Source: Escherichia phage A51.2. From it: a stretch of DNA of 64,000 bases. Below are positions 16,941 to 26,697 of the stretch, in pieces. Position 1 is the first letter of the stretch. The number at the start of each line of letters is the position of its first letter. The stretch lies in sequence record ON286973; one strand, given 5' to 3'. The position numbers were made by a program, and so were the translations under genes. Below the pieces are notes generated by a model. It was not told where the DNA came from. It worked only from the letters and a program-made list of their open reading frames with translations, and did not search any database.

Positions 16941-19252
16941 TCACCAAGGTAATTAAAAGCAACGGATGTGAAGTGGCATTCGATCCAGAACGTTTAAATA
17001 AGGCAGCTATTTTCGGTGACGACGGTAACGGCAATTGGTCACATATTGCACTGGATGCATACAAACGACTGTATGATGGATGTACAACCAAAGAAGTTAA
17101 CCAAGCTATCATAGACTCCTGTGTTAGCCGTAAAGACGAAGCACATTCCCGTATGGCTGGTCGTGTTCTTATTGGTCAGATTTATAAAGAGGCTTTTGGA
17201 GGGTTTACAAAGATCCCTTCCTTACCATCATTTTACAACGACATGGTTGAGAAAGGGTATTGGGAGGATATGGGATATAGCTTTACCGAGCTAAACACTT
17301 TAGACGCTGTTATTGACCACAGTAAAGATCTCGGTTATGGCTATGCAGTCCTTAAACAGTTTCGCGACAAATACGGGATCAAGGATACTCTTAAAGACAC
17401 CTTGTTTGAATCTCCCCAGATGATGTTTATGGGGATAGCAATGGCTGTCATGAAGAATATGCCGAAAGAACGTCGTATCAACGATGTTGTAAAATTATAC
17501 ACTTATCTGTCCGACTTAAAGATCAATGCCCCGACACCGTACTTAAACGGGCTGCGCACAGGTAAGACAGGGTATGCATCTTGTTGTGTAATAAAAGCTG
17601 ACGATACAGCAAAATCTATTGGTGTGGCACGTGAAGTTGCGTACACAATGACGGTTAACCAAGCAGGTATCGGCTACTATTTATCATCAAGATCTGCAGG
17701 TGATGGTGTTCGCGGTAACACTATTAAACACATGGGTAAGATTCCATATTATCGAGGTATTGATGCTGGTGTTAAGGAGAACAGACAACAATCACGTGGC
17801 GGTTCTGCAACAGTATCATTCCTTGCACTGGACCCGCAGATTGATGAGCTAATCCGTTTGAGAAACCCTATGACTGTTGCTTCAAAAAGAATCAACACCA
17901 TGGACTACTCCATCGGTATTAATAGGTCGTTTATCAACCGTGTGGCTAAGAATTTAGATTGGATGCTTGTTTCTTATAAGCACGCTCCTCAACTGCATGA
18001 GGGTATCTTCACCATGTCTATGGAGGAGTTCGATGCAGAGGTTGAGCGTATTGCTAAAGATGACAGTATTCCTAAGACATGGATCCGGGCTAGAGATCTT
18101 GCTGTTGAGCTGATCACGCAGCGTACTGAGGTGGGAAGGCTGTACGTATACTGGACAGATGAGATGAATAGACATACACCTTTTAAAGATGTGATCTATT
18201 CAAGCAACCTGTGTGCAGAAATAGCCCTCCCGACAAAAGGCTATTCAGATATGCGTAATATCTTCAAGTACGATGTTGATGATGGTGAGGTTGCATTGTG
18301 CTTCCTGTCATCTCTTGTAGCTGGAAGGGTTACCCCAGAGGAGTATGAGGATGTTGCATACTACACGGTACTTATGATTGACAATGTTATGGAAATCATG
18401 ACATATCCGTATGAAAACATGGAGAGTACTGTTAAAAAACGCAGATCCATCGGGGTTGGCCTTACCAATGTTGCACATTTTATTGCCAGCCACAAGGTTA
18501 CTTACGGATCTCCTGAAAGTAAACAGCTTGTTCACGATCTTGCAGAACTTCACAGCTACAGCTTGCATAAGGCAAGTTTACGGTTGGCAAAAGAGCGTGG
18601 TGTCTGCGAGTGGATGTATAAAACAAAATATCCAGAAGGTTGGTTACCAATCGACACTTATAACAAAGAGGTCGATAGTGTGGTGAAAGATCCTTCTCTT
18701 AAACAGGATTGGGAAGGGTTACGTAAAGAAATCATTGAAAATGGTGGGCTACGTAATAGCGTTCTTGAAGCATATATGCCTAATGAAAGCTCTTCGCTGG
18801 CAACAAACACCACTAACGGGGTTTATCCTGTCCGTGAGCACATTATCTTTAAAAAGTCGCCACAAGGGCAGGTGCTGTTTATCGTTCCTGAATACGATGA
18901 GTTGAAAGAGTATTACACTTCGGCTTGGGACGTTGATACTAACGACATGATCGATATGTATGCTGTGATTCAAAAATTCACAGGTCAGGCAATCAGCGCG
19001 GATTTATACATAGACTACACCAAGTTGAAAGATGGTAAAATTTCAATGAAGGAGCAGCTAGGGTACCTTATCCGTGCCACTAAATTCGGGATGAAGACAT
19101 GGTATTATTTAAACTCTAGGGTTGGTGCTGGTGACTCCTTGGCAGAGGAACTTCATGCCAAGAAACAGGCTGAAGATGAAACCAGAAAGAACTATCCTTT
19201 GATTGCAGATAGTTCAGTTGAAGATCCGTATTGCGAAAGCTGTGCACTATAA
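16937..19252 (+). CDS. nrdA: Ribonucleoside-diphosphate reductase large subunit (class Ia, NrdA)
   Basis: 771 aa; active-site motif NLCAEI; TTG start at 16937 after AGGAGG. Confidence 0.9.
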   Translation: MITKVIKSNGCEVAFDPERLNKAAIFGDDGNGNWSHIALDAYKRLYDGCTTKEVNQAIIDSCVSRKDEAHSRMAGRVLIGQIYKEAFGGFTKIPSLPSFYNDMVEKGYWEDMGYSFTELNTLDAVIDHSKDLGYGYAVLKQFRDKYGIKDTLKDTLFESPQMMFMGIAMAVMKNMPKERRINDVVKLYTYLSDLKINAPTPYLNGLRTGKTGYASCCVIKADDTAKSIGVAREVAYTMTVNQAGIGYYLSSRSAGDGVRGNTIKHMGKIPYYRGIDAGVKENRQQSRGGSATVSFLALDPQIDELIRLRNPMTVASKRINTMDYSIGINRSFINRVAKNLDWMLVSYKHAPQLHEGIFTMSMEEFDAEVERIAKDDSIPKTWIRARDLAVELITQRTEVGRLYVYWTDEMNRHTPFKDVIYSSNLCAEIALPTKGYSDMRNIFKYDVDDGEVALCFLSSLVAGRVTPEEYEDVAYYTVLMIDNVMEIMTYPYENMESTVKKRRSIGVGLTNVAHFIASHKVTYGSPESKQLVHDLAELHSYSLHKASLRLAKERGVCEWMYKTKYPEGWLPIDTYNKEVDSVVKDPSLKQDWEGLRKEIIENGGLRNSVLEAYMPNESSSLATNTTNGVYPVREHIIFKKSPQGQVLFIVPEYDELKEYYTSAWDVDTNDMIDMYAVIQKFTGQAISADLYIDYTKLKDGKISMKEQLGYLIRATKFGMKTWYYLNSRVGAGDSLAEELHAKKQAEDETRKNYPLIADSSVEDPYCESCAL

Positions 19253-19259
19253 TTTTAAA

Positions 19260-19279
19260 GGGGCTTCGGCCCCATTTTA
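19260..19279 (+). other. Intergenic stem-loop GGGGC-TTCG-GCCCC between nrdA and nrdB
   Basis: Read directly; followed only by ATTTTA, so more likely a stabiliser or attenuator than a full terminator. Confidence 0.5.
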
Positions 19280-19290
19280 GAGGTAGAATA

Positions 19291-20379
19291 ATGGCTGTAT
19301 TTAATGCTGAGAACACCGCTCATAAAACTGGTGACTATCCGCTGTTTCTGGGACAGCAAATGGGTATGTACGACTCTATCAACAAAAAATATCCACAACT
19401 GTTTGAACTATACAAAAAACAAAAAGAGCAAGATTGGGCAGAGGATGAAGTGGATTTGTCGCAATCTATTTCAGATTTTGTAACATGCTCAAAGTCAACT
19501 TATGACGTGATGGTGCAGACCTTGATGTGGCAATGGGAGGCTGATAGCGTTGCGGCAAGATCGATCATCTGCCTCTTTTCACCATTCATCACTAATAGTG
19601 AGCTTTTCACTCTATTGATGAAACAGTCAGAGATTGAAGTTCTTCACGCACTAACTTACTCAGAGATTGTTAGACAATGCCTCCCCAATGCCCGTGAGAT
19701 TATAGAAGAGATTCAGGAAAACCAAAACGTTCTGAGCAGATCCGGCGTTATTGTCAAATACATGCAAGAGCTTGAGGTTATTGGTGCAAAATACCGCCTG
19801 GATCCTTCTAGTGTTGAAGAAGATATTGTGCGGAAATGCATTCTTAGAGCGCTTTTTGCGCTTTTAGCTCTGGAAAGTATTGAGTTTATTGCAAGTTTTG
19901 CATGCACTTTCGCAGTAGCTGAACAGGGTATCTTTGTTCAGGTGGCGCAGCTTGTTCAAAAAATCATGCTTGACGAAATGCTACATTCGAAAGGTGATTT
20001 TGCCATCATTGATATCTTGCTTAATGATCCCGCATGGGAGAAAAGCTTCCTTGAGATAAAGGGGGAGTTAAAAGAGATTCTTGATGAAGTACGAACCAAA
20101 GAGTACGGTTGGAGTGACTATATTTTCAGCGAAGGAAGAGCGATTATAGGTCTTAACTCACCGTTGCTTAAAGAGTGGGTTGACTATAACTGCTCACCGA
20201 TTTATGATTACTACGACATCGACAAAGACTTTGTGCCGCCAACAAAGGACCCGCTACCGTTTATGCAGGTGTGGATGAAACCTTCATTACAACAGACGGC
20301 GAACCAAGAAATGTCGAACACTGACTACCGCGTCAACACAACTGTTAACGACGCTGAAGAAGAAATTTGGGAGTTTTAA
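19291..20379 (+). CDS. nrdB: Ribonucleoside-diphosphate reductase small subunit (NrdB)
   Basis: Position after nrdA, size about 360 aa, ferritin-like small-subunit character; start refined to ATG 19291. Confidence 0.85.
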   Translation: MAVFNAENTAHKTGDYPLFLGQQMGMYDSINKKYPQLFELYKKQKEQDWAEDEVDLSQSISDFVTCSKSTYDVMVQTLMWQWEADSVAARSIICLFSPFITNSELFTLLMKQSEIEVLHALTYSEIVRQCLPNAREIIEEIQENQNVLSRSGVIVKYMQELEVIGAKYRLDPSSVEEDIVRKCILRALFALLALESIEFIASFACTFAVAEQGIFVQVAQLVQKIMLDEMLHSKGDFAIIDILLNDPAWEKSFLEIKGELKEILDEVRTKEYGWSDYIFSEGRAIIGLNSPLLKEWVDYNCSPIYDYYDIDKDFVPPTKDPLPFMQVWMKPSLQQTANQEMSNTDYRVNTTVNDAEEEIWEF

Positions 20380-20382
20380 TAT

Positions 20383-20661
20383 ATGAGCTGCGAAAAATCT
20401 TTTTTCATCATCATTTACGGTAAGGATAACTGCCCACATTGTGTCAGAGCAAAAGAATTTGCAATCAGCAAAGGTCTGCCTTTTGTATATAAGACACTTG
20501 GCGAGGGCTACACAAAAGAAGAGCTTATTGAGAAGTGCAGTCCAATTGTCCCCAGAACGTTGCCGCAGATCTTCTTAGAAAGCGATCTTGACAGTGTCCA
20601 TATAGGCGGTGCCGACGATTTCATCTCTTTTGTTAAGAATGGTTTTGGAGAGAAAAAGTGA
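20383..20661 (+). CDS. Glutaredoxin/NrdH-like thiol-disulfide redoxin
   Basis: CPHC redox motif in IIIYGKDNCPHCVRAKEF. Confidence 0.8.
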   Translation: MSCEKSFFIIIYGKDNCPHCVRAKEFAISKGLPFVYKTLGEGYTKEELIEKCSPIVPRTLPQIFLESDLDSVHIGGADDFISFVKNGFGEKK

Positions 20662-22796
20662 AAGTTGTAAAACGGGACGGTAGAGAAGAGTTCTATAACG
20701 GAATTAAGGTGATCAAGGCGGCAGAGTCCGCCTTACTTGAGTCTGGACATACTGAAGAAGAAGCTTACCGGATCGCCTGCGCGGTTAATGAAGTTGTTGC
20801 TAACAATCTACCAACCGACCAGTGCACGATCTCTGTAAAAAATATCCATATCCTTGTTGAAGATGCTCTTATGGATATGGGTTTAAAATGTGCAGCCAGA
20901 GAATACATCCAGTATAGACAGACAAGAGATAATAACAGAGAGGCAGGTGGAAAACTGCTTGCAGATATTAGTGGCTTCTTGGATCGAACTTGTGATGAAT
21001 TTACAAAAGAAAACGCAAATAAGCCTACTAATCATGTACACACTCATCGCGACCTGCTTGCAGGTATTCTTAGCAAACACCTTGCATCAACACAGATCCT
21101 GCCAGACCGTGTCTCCGAAGAGCACAATAAAGGATTCATCCATGTGCATGATCTTGACTACTTGATCAGTCCGTTAACAAACTGTTGTTTGGTAAATTAT
21201 CCAGATATGTTGGAAAACGGATTCAACATTGGTAACGCCCATGTCAGTAAGCCGAAGTCAATAGGGGTTGCAACAACAATCCTTAGCCAAATCTCTAGTG
21301 CGGTAGCTAGTGCTCAATATGGTGGTCAGACTATGAGCCATATTGATCATTATCTGGCACAGTATGCTGAAGCAACCTATGAGAAGAACCTTAAATTTTG
21401 CCAGGAACATTGGTTGCCGGATGCTGAAACTGTTGCAATGCAAATGACAGATAAAGACGTATTTGACAGCATGCAGACTTTGCTCTATCAAATCAACACG
21501 TTAACTTCTGTCAACGGGCAAACTCCATTCATCACATTGAGTTTAGGACTGGATACCTCGGTCTTTGGTAGAATGATTACCAAAAACTACCTGAAAGTCC
21601 ACAAAATGGGTCTTGGTGAAGAACGTATCACACCTGTGTTCCCTAAAGTGCTGTTCTTCCTGGAAGAGGGTGTCAACATGAACCCTGGGGATCCTAACTA
21701 TGATTTGAAACGATTAGCTCTGGAATGCTGTGCAGAACGTATCTATCCTGACTTCGTATCTGTACCACTAAATAGAAAAGTGACAGGCTCGACAGATGGC
21801 AAAGTAACTAGCATGGGTTGCAGGAGTTTTCTTAGCAAATACAATGACTTGGAAACAGGCGAGGAGAAATACCTTGGCAGATTTAACTTAGGCGTTGTTA
21901 GCCTTAACCTGCCAATGATTGCGGCAAAAGCTAAGACGGAAGGTGTTGATTTCTTTGCAGTTCTTGACGAATACTTGGATCTTGCATACGAGGCTCACCT
22001 TGTAAGGGTTAACCGTCTAAAAGGAACAAAGGCAGGGCAGAACCCCATCATGTGGTGTGAAGGCGCTCTTGCTCGCCTGGATCCTGAAGAAAGTATTGAT
22101 AAACTCTTCTATGACGGGTACGCTTCCATCAGCATTGGGTACATTGGTGTGTATGAAACCTGTCAGATTTTGGGCAGAGAAGGTGACAAGGCTTTAGCTC
22201 TTGGAATCCTTCAGCACATGAGAGATGCTTGTGAGCGATACAAGAAGGAAAGTAGACTAGCATTTAGCTTGTACGGCACTCCTTCTGAGAGTCTATGCTA
22301 TAAAGCTGCAACCTGTCTGGATCGTGAATATCCAGAAGTGTTAAAGCACGAGCATGAATATCTCACCAACAGTTTCCATCAGCCAGTATGGATCAATAGC
22401 TCTCCTTTTGATAAGTGGGAGTATGAGGAAGGTTTTGCTATGATCTCCTCCGGTGGCAACATCGGATACGTAGAGACACCTAACCTGAAAAACAACCTTG
22501 ATGCTTTAGAGGCTCTTGTTGACTTCGGGTATAAACACATTATGTATTTTGGTATTAACCAACCTGTGGATAAATGTCTCAAGTGTGGTTTCTCTGGTGA
22601 GTTCAGTGCAACAGCTAAAGGGTTCTGCTGCCCTGCGTGCGGATGCCACGATGAACAATATATCTCAGTGATCCGAAGAGTGTCTGGCTATCTCTCCAGC
22701 CCGAACAGTAGGCCGTATAACACAGGTAAACAAGCAGAGGTTATCGAACGTGTTAAACATGTTGGGAATGTAGACTGTTGTCCGTTGAGTAAATAA
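20658..22796 (+). CDS. nrdD: Anaerobic ribonucleoside-triphosphate reductase (class III, NrdD)
   Basis: C-terminal glycyl-radical motif RRVSGYL and Zn ribbon CLKCGF ... CPACGC. Confidence 0.9.
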   Translation: MKVVKRDGREEFYNGIKVIKAAESALLESGHTEEEAYRIACAVNEVVANNLPTDQCTISVKNIHILVEDALMDMGLKCAAREYIQYRQTRDNNREAGGKLLADISGFLDRTCDEFTKENANKPTNHVHTHRDLLAGILSKHLASTQILPDRVSEEHNKGFIHVHDLDYLISPLTNCCLVNYPDMLENGFNIGNAHVSKPKSIGVATTILSQISSAVASAQYGGQTMSHIDHYLAQYAEATYEKNLKFCQEHWLPDAETVAMQMTDKDVFDSMQTLLYQINTLTSVNGQTPFITLSLGLDTSVFGRMITKNYLKVHKMGLGEERITPVFPKVLFFLEEGVNMNPGDPNYDLKRLALECCAERIYPDFVSVPLNRKVTGSTDGKVTSMGCRSFLSKYNDLETGEEKYLGRFNLGVVSLNLPMIAAKAKTEGVDFFAVLDEYLDLAYEAHLVRVNRLKGTKAGQNPIMWCEGALARLDPEESIDKLFYDGYASISIGYIGVYETCQILGREGDKALALGILQHMRDACERYKKESRLAFSLYGTPSESLCYKAATCLDREYPEVLKHEHEYLTNSFHQPVWINSSPFDKWEYEEGFAMISSGGNIGYVETPNLKNNLDALEALVDFGYKHIMYFGINQPVDKCLKCGFSGEFSATAKGFCCPACGCHDEQYISVIRRVSGYLSSPNSRPYNTGKQAEVIERVKHVGNVDCCPLSK

Positions 22797-22806
22797 GGAA
22801 AGAGGT

Positions 22807-22843
22807 GGAGAGCAAGGATGCTCTCATTTTTTTTTTTGTTTTT
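22807..22843 (+). terminator. Rho-independent terminator GGAGAGCA-AGGA-TGCTCTC plus an 11-T tract
   Basis: Read directly after the nrdD stop. Confidence 0.8.
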
Positions 22844-22844
22844 A

Positions 22845-22873
22845 TTGACTTCTATTCCTCTTTTCTATAGTAT
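22845..22873 (+). promoter_or_regulatory. Sigma70-like promoter, TTGACT-17bp-TAGTAT
   Basis: Read directly, immediately downstream of the terminator. Confidence 0.5.
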
Positions 22874-22911
22874 GCAATATAAAGTGAATAGCGGAAGGGT
22901 CTGGTCTGGTA

Positions 22912-23844
22912 ATGAGAAGACTAACAACCGAAGAGTTTATAGAAAAAGCTCAGACTATACATGGTGACAAATATGATTACTTCAAAGTGGAGTATAAAAA
23001 CAACAAGACACCTGTGTGTATAATTTGTCCTGAGCACGGTGAGTTCTGGCAAACCCCTGTGGCACATGCTTTCAAGAATCATGGTTGTCCAAGGTGTGGT
23101 GGGTCAGCGAAAAAGAACACTGAAGAGTTCATAAAAGAGGCTATGGCTGTTCATGGGGACAAGTACGATTACTCATTAGTCAAATATGCGAACATGAGAA
23201 CGCCTGTAAAAATTGTTTGCCCTGAACACGGTGTGTTTGAACAATACCCTGAAAACCACTTATACCAAAGAAACGGCTGCCCAGAGTGCTATGACTTAAG
23301 ACGTGGGCAAAGTCAAGCGTTAACCCATAAGGAGCACGCTGCAATTATCCACAAAGCCAACCCAGACATAGAAATATTAGAGAAAATTGCCAATGATAAC
23401 ACAAAAGTGCAATGTAGGTGCAAAATTTGTGGGTATAAGTGGTCTGCTAAACCTAATAACCTAAAAAGTGGTCGTGGCTGCTGTAAATGCGCACAAAATG
23501 GATTCTTATCTCATGAGTACGGTAAACTCTACATTATGGTTGATGACTTAGAAGTGCCAACACTTATGAAAATCGGTGTATGCGTTAAAATGCACAGGAG
23601 GAAAAATGAGGTGCTTAACAGTGCTCGTAAATCTGGCGCAGGTGTCCACACTCTTCACGTAGTAAAAACATGGAGCGGATCAACTCAAAACATGGTAGAT
23701 TTAGAAAAATCTGTGCATAAGGCCTTGAGCAAGTATAAAATAAACTTTCCTGTAAAATTTGACGGTAGCACTGAGTTTTTCTACTACAGGCCTGAAGTGT
23801 TTGACACGGTAGAAGAGGTATACAAGAAGATTTGTGGTAAATGA
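22912..23844 (+). CDS. Putative free-standing homing-endonuclease-like protein
   Basis: Two N-terminal repeats HGDKYDY ... CPEHG ... GCP.C, and a C-terminal GKLYIMVDD ... KIGV segment resembling GIY-YIG-like (T5orf172-type) modules; inserted between nrdD and nrdG. Confidence 0.4.
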   Translation: MRRLTTEEFIEKAQTIHGDKYDYFKVEYKNNKTPVCIICPEHGEFWQTPVAHAFKNHGCPRCGGSAKKNTEEFIKEAMAVHGDKYDYSLVKYANMRTPVKIVCPEHGVFEQYPENHLYQRNGCPECYDLRRGQSQALTHKEHAAIIHKANPDIEILEKIANDNTKVQCRCKICGYKWSAKPNNLKSGRGCCKCAQNGFLSHEYGKLYIMVDDLEVPTLMKIGVCVKMHRRKNEVLNSARKSGAGVHTLHVVKTWSGSTQNMVDLEKSVHKALSKYKINFPVKFDGSTEFFYYRPEVFDTVEEVYKKICGK

Positions 23845-23896
23845 TTGTAGAAAGATATGCATATCTTAAACATGCTATTAACTAAGGAGGTGCAGT

Positions 23897-24013
23897 ATGT
23901 CATCAGGTATTTATAAAATTTGCAAGTGTGGTTGTCGTTGCAATCTTCGTTGGTGCAAGGCACTGGACGATTTTATTTGGCATTGCCCTGAATGCGATGC
24001 GGAGTACTTATAA
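23897..24013 (+). CDS. Small Cys-rich (zinc-ribbon-like) protein, 38 aa
   Basis: Strong RBS AAGGAGG then ATG; 9 Cys including CKCGC and CPEC; below the ORF-track length cutoff. Confidence 0.4.
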   Translation: MSSGIYKICKCGCRCNLRWCKALDDFIWHCPECDAEYL

Positions 24014-24164
24014 GCATAAGGGGTCGAAATGCGGAAATCTATCAAGAAAATCAAGATAAAATTGTTAGCACTGAAGCGTAAGTATAAAAAGTTATACGGC
24101 TTCATCAAATGGACTTTTATAGGTTTATCTTGAATAGAAGCACATCACAGAAGAGAGGTTCCTT

Positions 24165-24401
24165 ATGATAGGTGTCTGTGTAAAAGCTAACAGATGGTTT
24201 ACATTCGGTAAGGATTACGAAATTATCTTTCATTCGGACAGAGCCACAACAGTAGAAAGCGATGATGGGTGCCACTGGTTCGTTAGTTACCATGGTGATG
24301 GGTATTATAGATCTACTGATTCCAGAGGGGAAGAAGCTGTTTTCTTGGATAGAGCTTATTGTGGGCCTGAATATCCTTACCTAAAAGAGGATAAGGAATG
24401 A
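24165..24401 (+). CDS. Hypothetical protein
   Basis: 78-aa ORF, ATGA overlap with nrdG. Confidence 0.4.
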   Translation: MIGVCVKANRWFTFGKDYEIIFHSDRATTVESDDGCHWFVSYHGDGYYRSTDSRGEEAVFLDRAYCGPEYPYLKEDKE

Positions 24402-24871
24402 ATGTTGTTAATATTATAGAGTGTAGCATGGTTGACGGCCCAGGCATTAGGACAACGGTGTTCTGTTCTGGTTGCCCACATCACTGCGTCGGTTGCCAAA
24501 ACAAAAGTGTTTGGTCACCAGCTAAAGGGGAACCGTTAACAAATGACACTATTGAGAGTATACTTCACTCTATAGAGCCGAAACACATTACTGGCGTTAC
24601 ATTATGCGGTGGCGAACCTTTAGCGCCTTACAATATTGATGGTATGTACTCGATCATTCGCGCTATCCGTGAACACTTCGGCAACACAAAAACTATCTGG
24701 GTGTACACAGGGTATTTGTTTGAAGAAGTCCCCGATTACATTAAAGATAGTGTTGATTACATTATGGACGGTAAGTACGAAAAAGATAACCCCACCAAAA
24801 AACCCTTTAGAGGCAGTGATAACCAAAGAATGTTTAAAAAGGTAGCAGATGGTTGGGTTCAGGTTGACTAA
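24398..24871 (+). CDS. nrdG: Anaerobic ribonucleotide reductase activating protein (radical SAM, NrdG)
   Basis: VDGPGIRTTVFCSGCPHHCVGCQN, the radical-SAM cysteine cluster typical of NrdG. Confidence 0.9.
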   Translation: MNVVNIIECSMVDGPGIRTTVFCSGCPHHCVGCQNKSVWSPAKGEPLTNDTIESILHSIEPKHITGVTLCGGEPLAPYNIDGMYSIIRAIREHFGNTKTIWVYTGYLFEEVPDYIKDSVDYIMDGKYEKDNPTKKPFRGSDNQRMFKKVADGWVQVD

Positions 24872-24874
24872 TCG

Positions 24875-24904
24875 TTGACAAAGCTTTGTTAAGTCGGTTA
24901 TAAT
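24875..24904 (+). promoter_or_regulatory. Sigma70-like promoter, TTGACA-18bp-TATAAT
   Basis: Read directly after the nrdG stop. Confidence 0.5.
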
Positions 24905-24933
24905 TGTCGTAATGAAAGCAGAGGAGGTGCCAA

Positions 24934-25047
24934 ATGGCTAAAAAAGCCTTGAAGAAGGCGTACAAGAAAGAGATTGCGCTTGAGCTTAAGAAAAAACACA
25001 AGCGTGAAAAGAAACATCATGAAGATGAAGAGGGGGTGCAACAGTGA
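24934..25047 (+). CDS. Small lysine-rich basic protein, 37 aa
   Basis: GAGGAGG RBS then ATG; sequence MAKKALKKAYKKEIALELKKKHKREKKHHEDEEGVQQ; stop overlaps the GTG start of the next ORF. Confidence 0.35.
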   Translation: MAKKALKKAYKKEIALELKKKHKREKKHHEDEEGVQQ

Positions 25048-25394
25048 CACAAGAACGTATCGATTTGGCTAATAAGTTTGTAGATCTCATTTTGCCACGG
25101 TTAGTTACTCAACATGCAGATGCTATTTCTACTAATCTTGATGGCTTACGCCTAATGCTGAATCGCACAGATGACCCTCGTATTCGGGCTGATTTAGAAG
25201 CCTCTGCCAACAAACTGGAAAAGTTCTTGCAAGTAGACACGCAAGAAGCCTTGCACAAGATTATGGTGGAAGGTTTCTCTAAAGAATTTACCATTAAAGA
25301 GCTTAAGGAGCTGATCCACCAAGAAGAGATGAATATCCGAGTTCAGGCTGTTGCAAGCAGCATGGAAGCGGTTATTGAAAAACTGTTGCAGTAA
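25044..25394 (+). CDS. Hypothetical protein
   Basis: 116-aa ORF with GTG start after GAGGGGG. Confidence 0.4.
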   Translation: MTQERIDLANKFVDLILPRLVTQHADAISTNLDGLRLMLNRTDDPRIRADLEASANKLEKFLQVDTQEALHKIMVEGFSKEFTIKELKELIHQEEMNIRVQAVASSMEAVIEKLLQ

Positions 25395-25432
25395 AAGTAC
25401 TTGGCACATCTCAATCTGAAAGGAGTCCCAAC

Positions 25433-26221
25433 ATGGGTCGAGCTAAAGAAACAAAACGCATGCGTGATGAAGCTAGAGAGGCTCGCAAATCTGATCGCCT
25501 GCGTAAGGCTGCTGAGAAATTTGCTGACGAAAGAGAGCACACCGCTCCAGCTCTCCGACCAATGAATAAGAAGCAGCAAAAGTATCTTGATTATCTAGGG
25601 TCACGTAAGATTATTATTGTAAACGGTGTGTTTGGATCCGGTAAGACATTTATGGCATCTGCATATGCAGGTGATCTTCTGCGTAAGAACGAGATTGATA
25701 AGATCATTGTTGCACGTCCTTACGTCCAGACAGGAAAGACTTCAGGATTTAAACCCGGAAATGCAATGCAGAAACTGTGGCCCTATCTTCGAAGCATGAT
25801 GGACACGATTTGTCGTCGTGTTGGCAAAGGTGCTTTTACCGCAATGCTGGGAGACGGTCAGAACAGTCGTATCGAGATTTGTGAAGTTGAAAGCATTCGT
25901 GGTCGTAGTTTCGATGAGCGATGCTTTGTCCTGATTGACGAGGCACAGCAAACTAACCCTGAAGAAATGTTGTCAATTATCACAAGGATCTCTGATCAAG
26001 CCACCCTTGTAATTATGGGTGATAATAGCCAACGTGACATCCCTGGTAAATCTGGCCTCGCATGGGTGACGGATTTCTTTACTCGTCATCCAGATCCTGA
26101 GGTTGGAATGATTAGCTTTGATAGTCCAGACGATGTCGTTCGTTCCGGGTTGGGTCGTCAGATTGCACTCAATCTTATTGAAGATCGTGCAAATCATATT
26201 TGGACCCCTGTTTCCGAGTAA
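25433..26221 (+). CDS. phoH: PhoH-like ATPase
   Basis: Walker A GVFGSGKT and PhoH-like core. Confidence 0.8.
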   Translation: MGRAKETKRMRDEAREARKSDRLRKAAEKFADEREHTAPALRPMNKKQQKYLDYLGSRKIIIVNGVFGSGKTFMASAYAGDLLRKNEIDKIIVARPYVQTGKTSGFKPGNAMQKLWPYLRSMMDTICRRVGKGAFTAMLGDGQNSRIEICEVESIRGRSFDERCFVLIDEAQQTNPEEMLSIITRISDQATLVIMGDNSQRDIPGKSGLAWVTDFFTRHPDPEVGMISFDSPDDVVRSGLGRQIALNLIEDRANHIWTPVSE

Positions 26222-26226
26222 TACAG

Positions 26227-26247
26227 AAGGGTGGTTATTCCACCCTT
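26227..26247. other. Stem-loop AAGGGTGG-TTATT-CCACCCTT after phoH
   Basis: Read directly; no clear U-tract. Confidence 0.4.
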
Positions 26248-26266
26248 AAAATATCTAAAACAGTTG

Positions 26267-26295
26267 TTGACAAACAGGTAAGCTTTAGATATTAT
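26267..26295 (+). promoter_or_regulatory. Sigma70-like promoter, TTGACA-17bp-TATTAT
   Basis: Read directly. Confidence 0.55.
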
Positions 26296-26325
26296 CATCG
26301 GACAAAACAAGGAGAAGGAGATAGT

Positions 26326-26637
26326 ATGGCTACAATACAAGAGAGACTGAATAAAATATACTGCCTGTTCGTCTACAACGGTGAGACAATTTTGGCAAAT
26401 AAAGGATCCAAGAATGTGTGGATCAAGGACAGTGGTGGTAATATAATCAACTTAGCGTTGCTACGTGAGCGCCGACACAGATTCTTTATCGAGTCTCGAA
26501 TTATTGAAAGCAGCACCTGCTACAGAACAGGCGATAAAGTAATTGTTGACAATGATACGTGGTATGTGGTAGACTGGCAATCATTGAGTTGTGATGCTTC
26601 TGACAATCGTAAGTATTCCATAGTGATTGCTAAATAA
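26326..26637 (+). CDS. Hypothetical protein
   Basis: ORF; start refined to ATG 26326 after GGAGAAGGAG. Confidence 0.45.
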   Translation: MATIQERLNKIYCLFVYNGETILANKGSKNVWIKDSGGNIINLALLRERRHRFFIESRIIESSTCYRTGDKVIVDNDTWYVVDWQSLSCDASDNRKYSIVIAK

Positions 26638-26697
26638 AGGTAAATGTGAATCAGGTTTAAATAAATAGCTTTCAACTTCCAATATTAAGGATTTCTC

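Noticed and set aside
17954-18686. Short ORFs antisense to or nested within nrdA (17954..18175, 18308..18568, 18411..18686, 18749..18973)
   Set aside because: Contained inside a highly confident long CDS; typical shadow ORFs.
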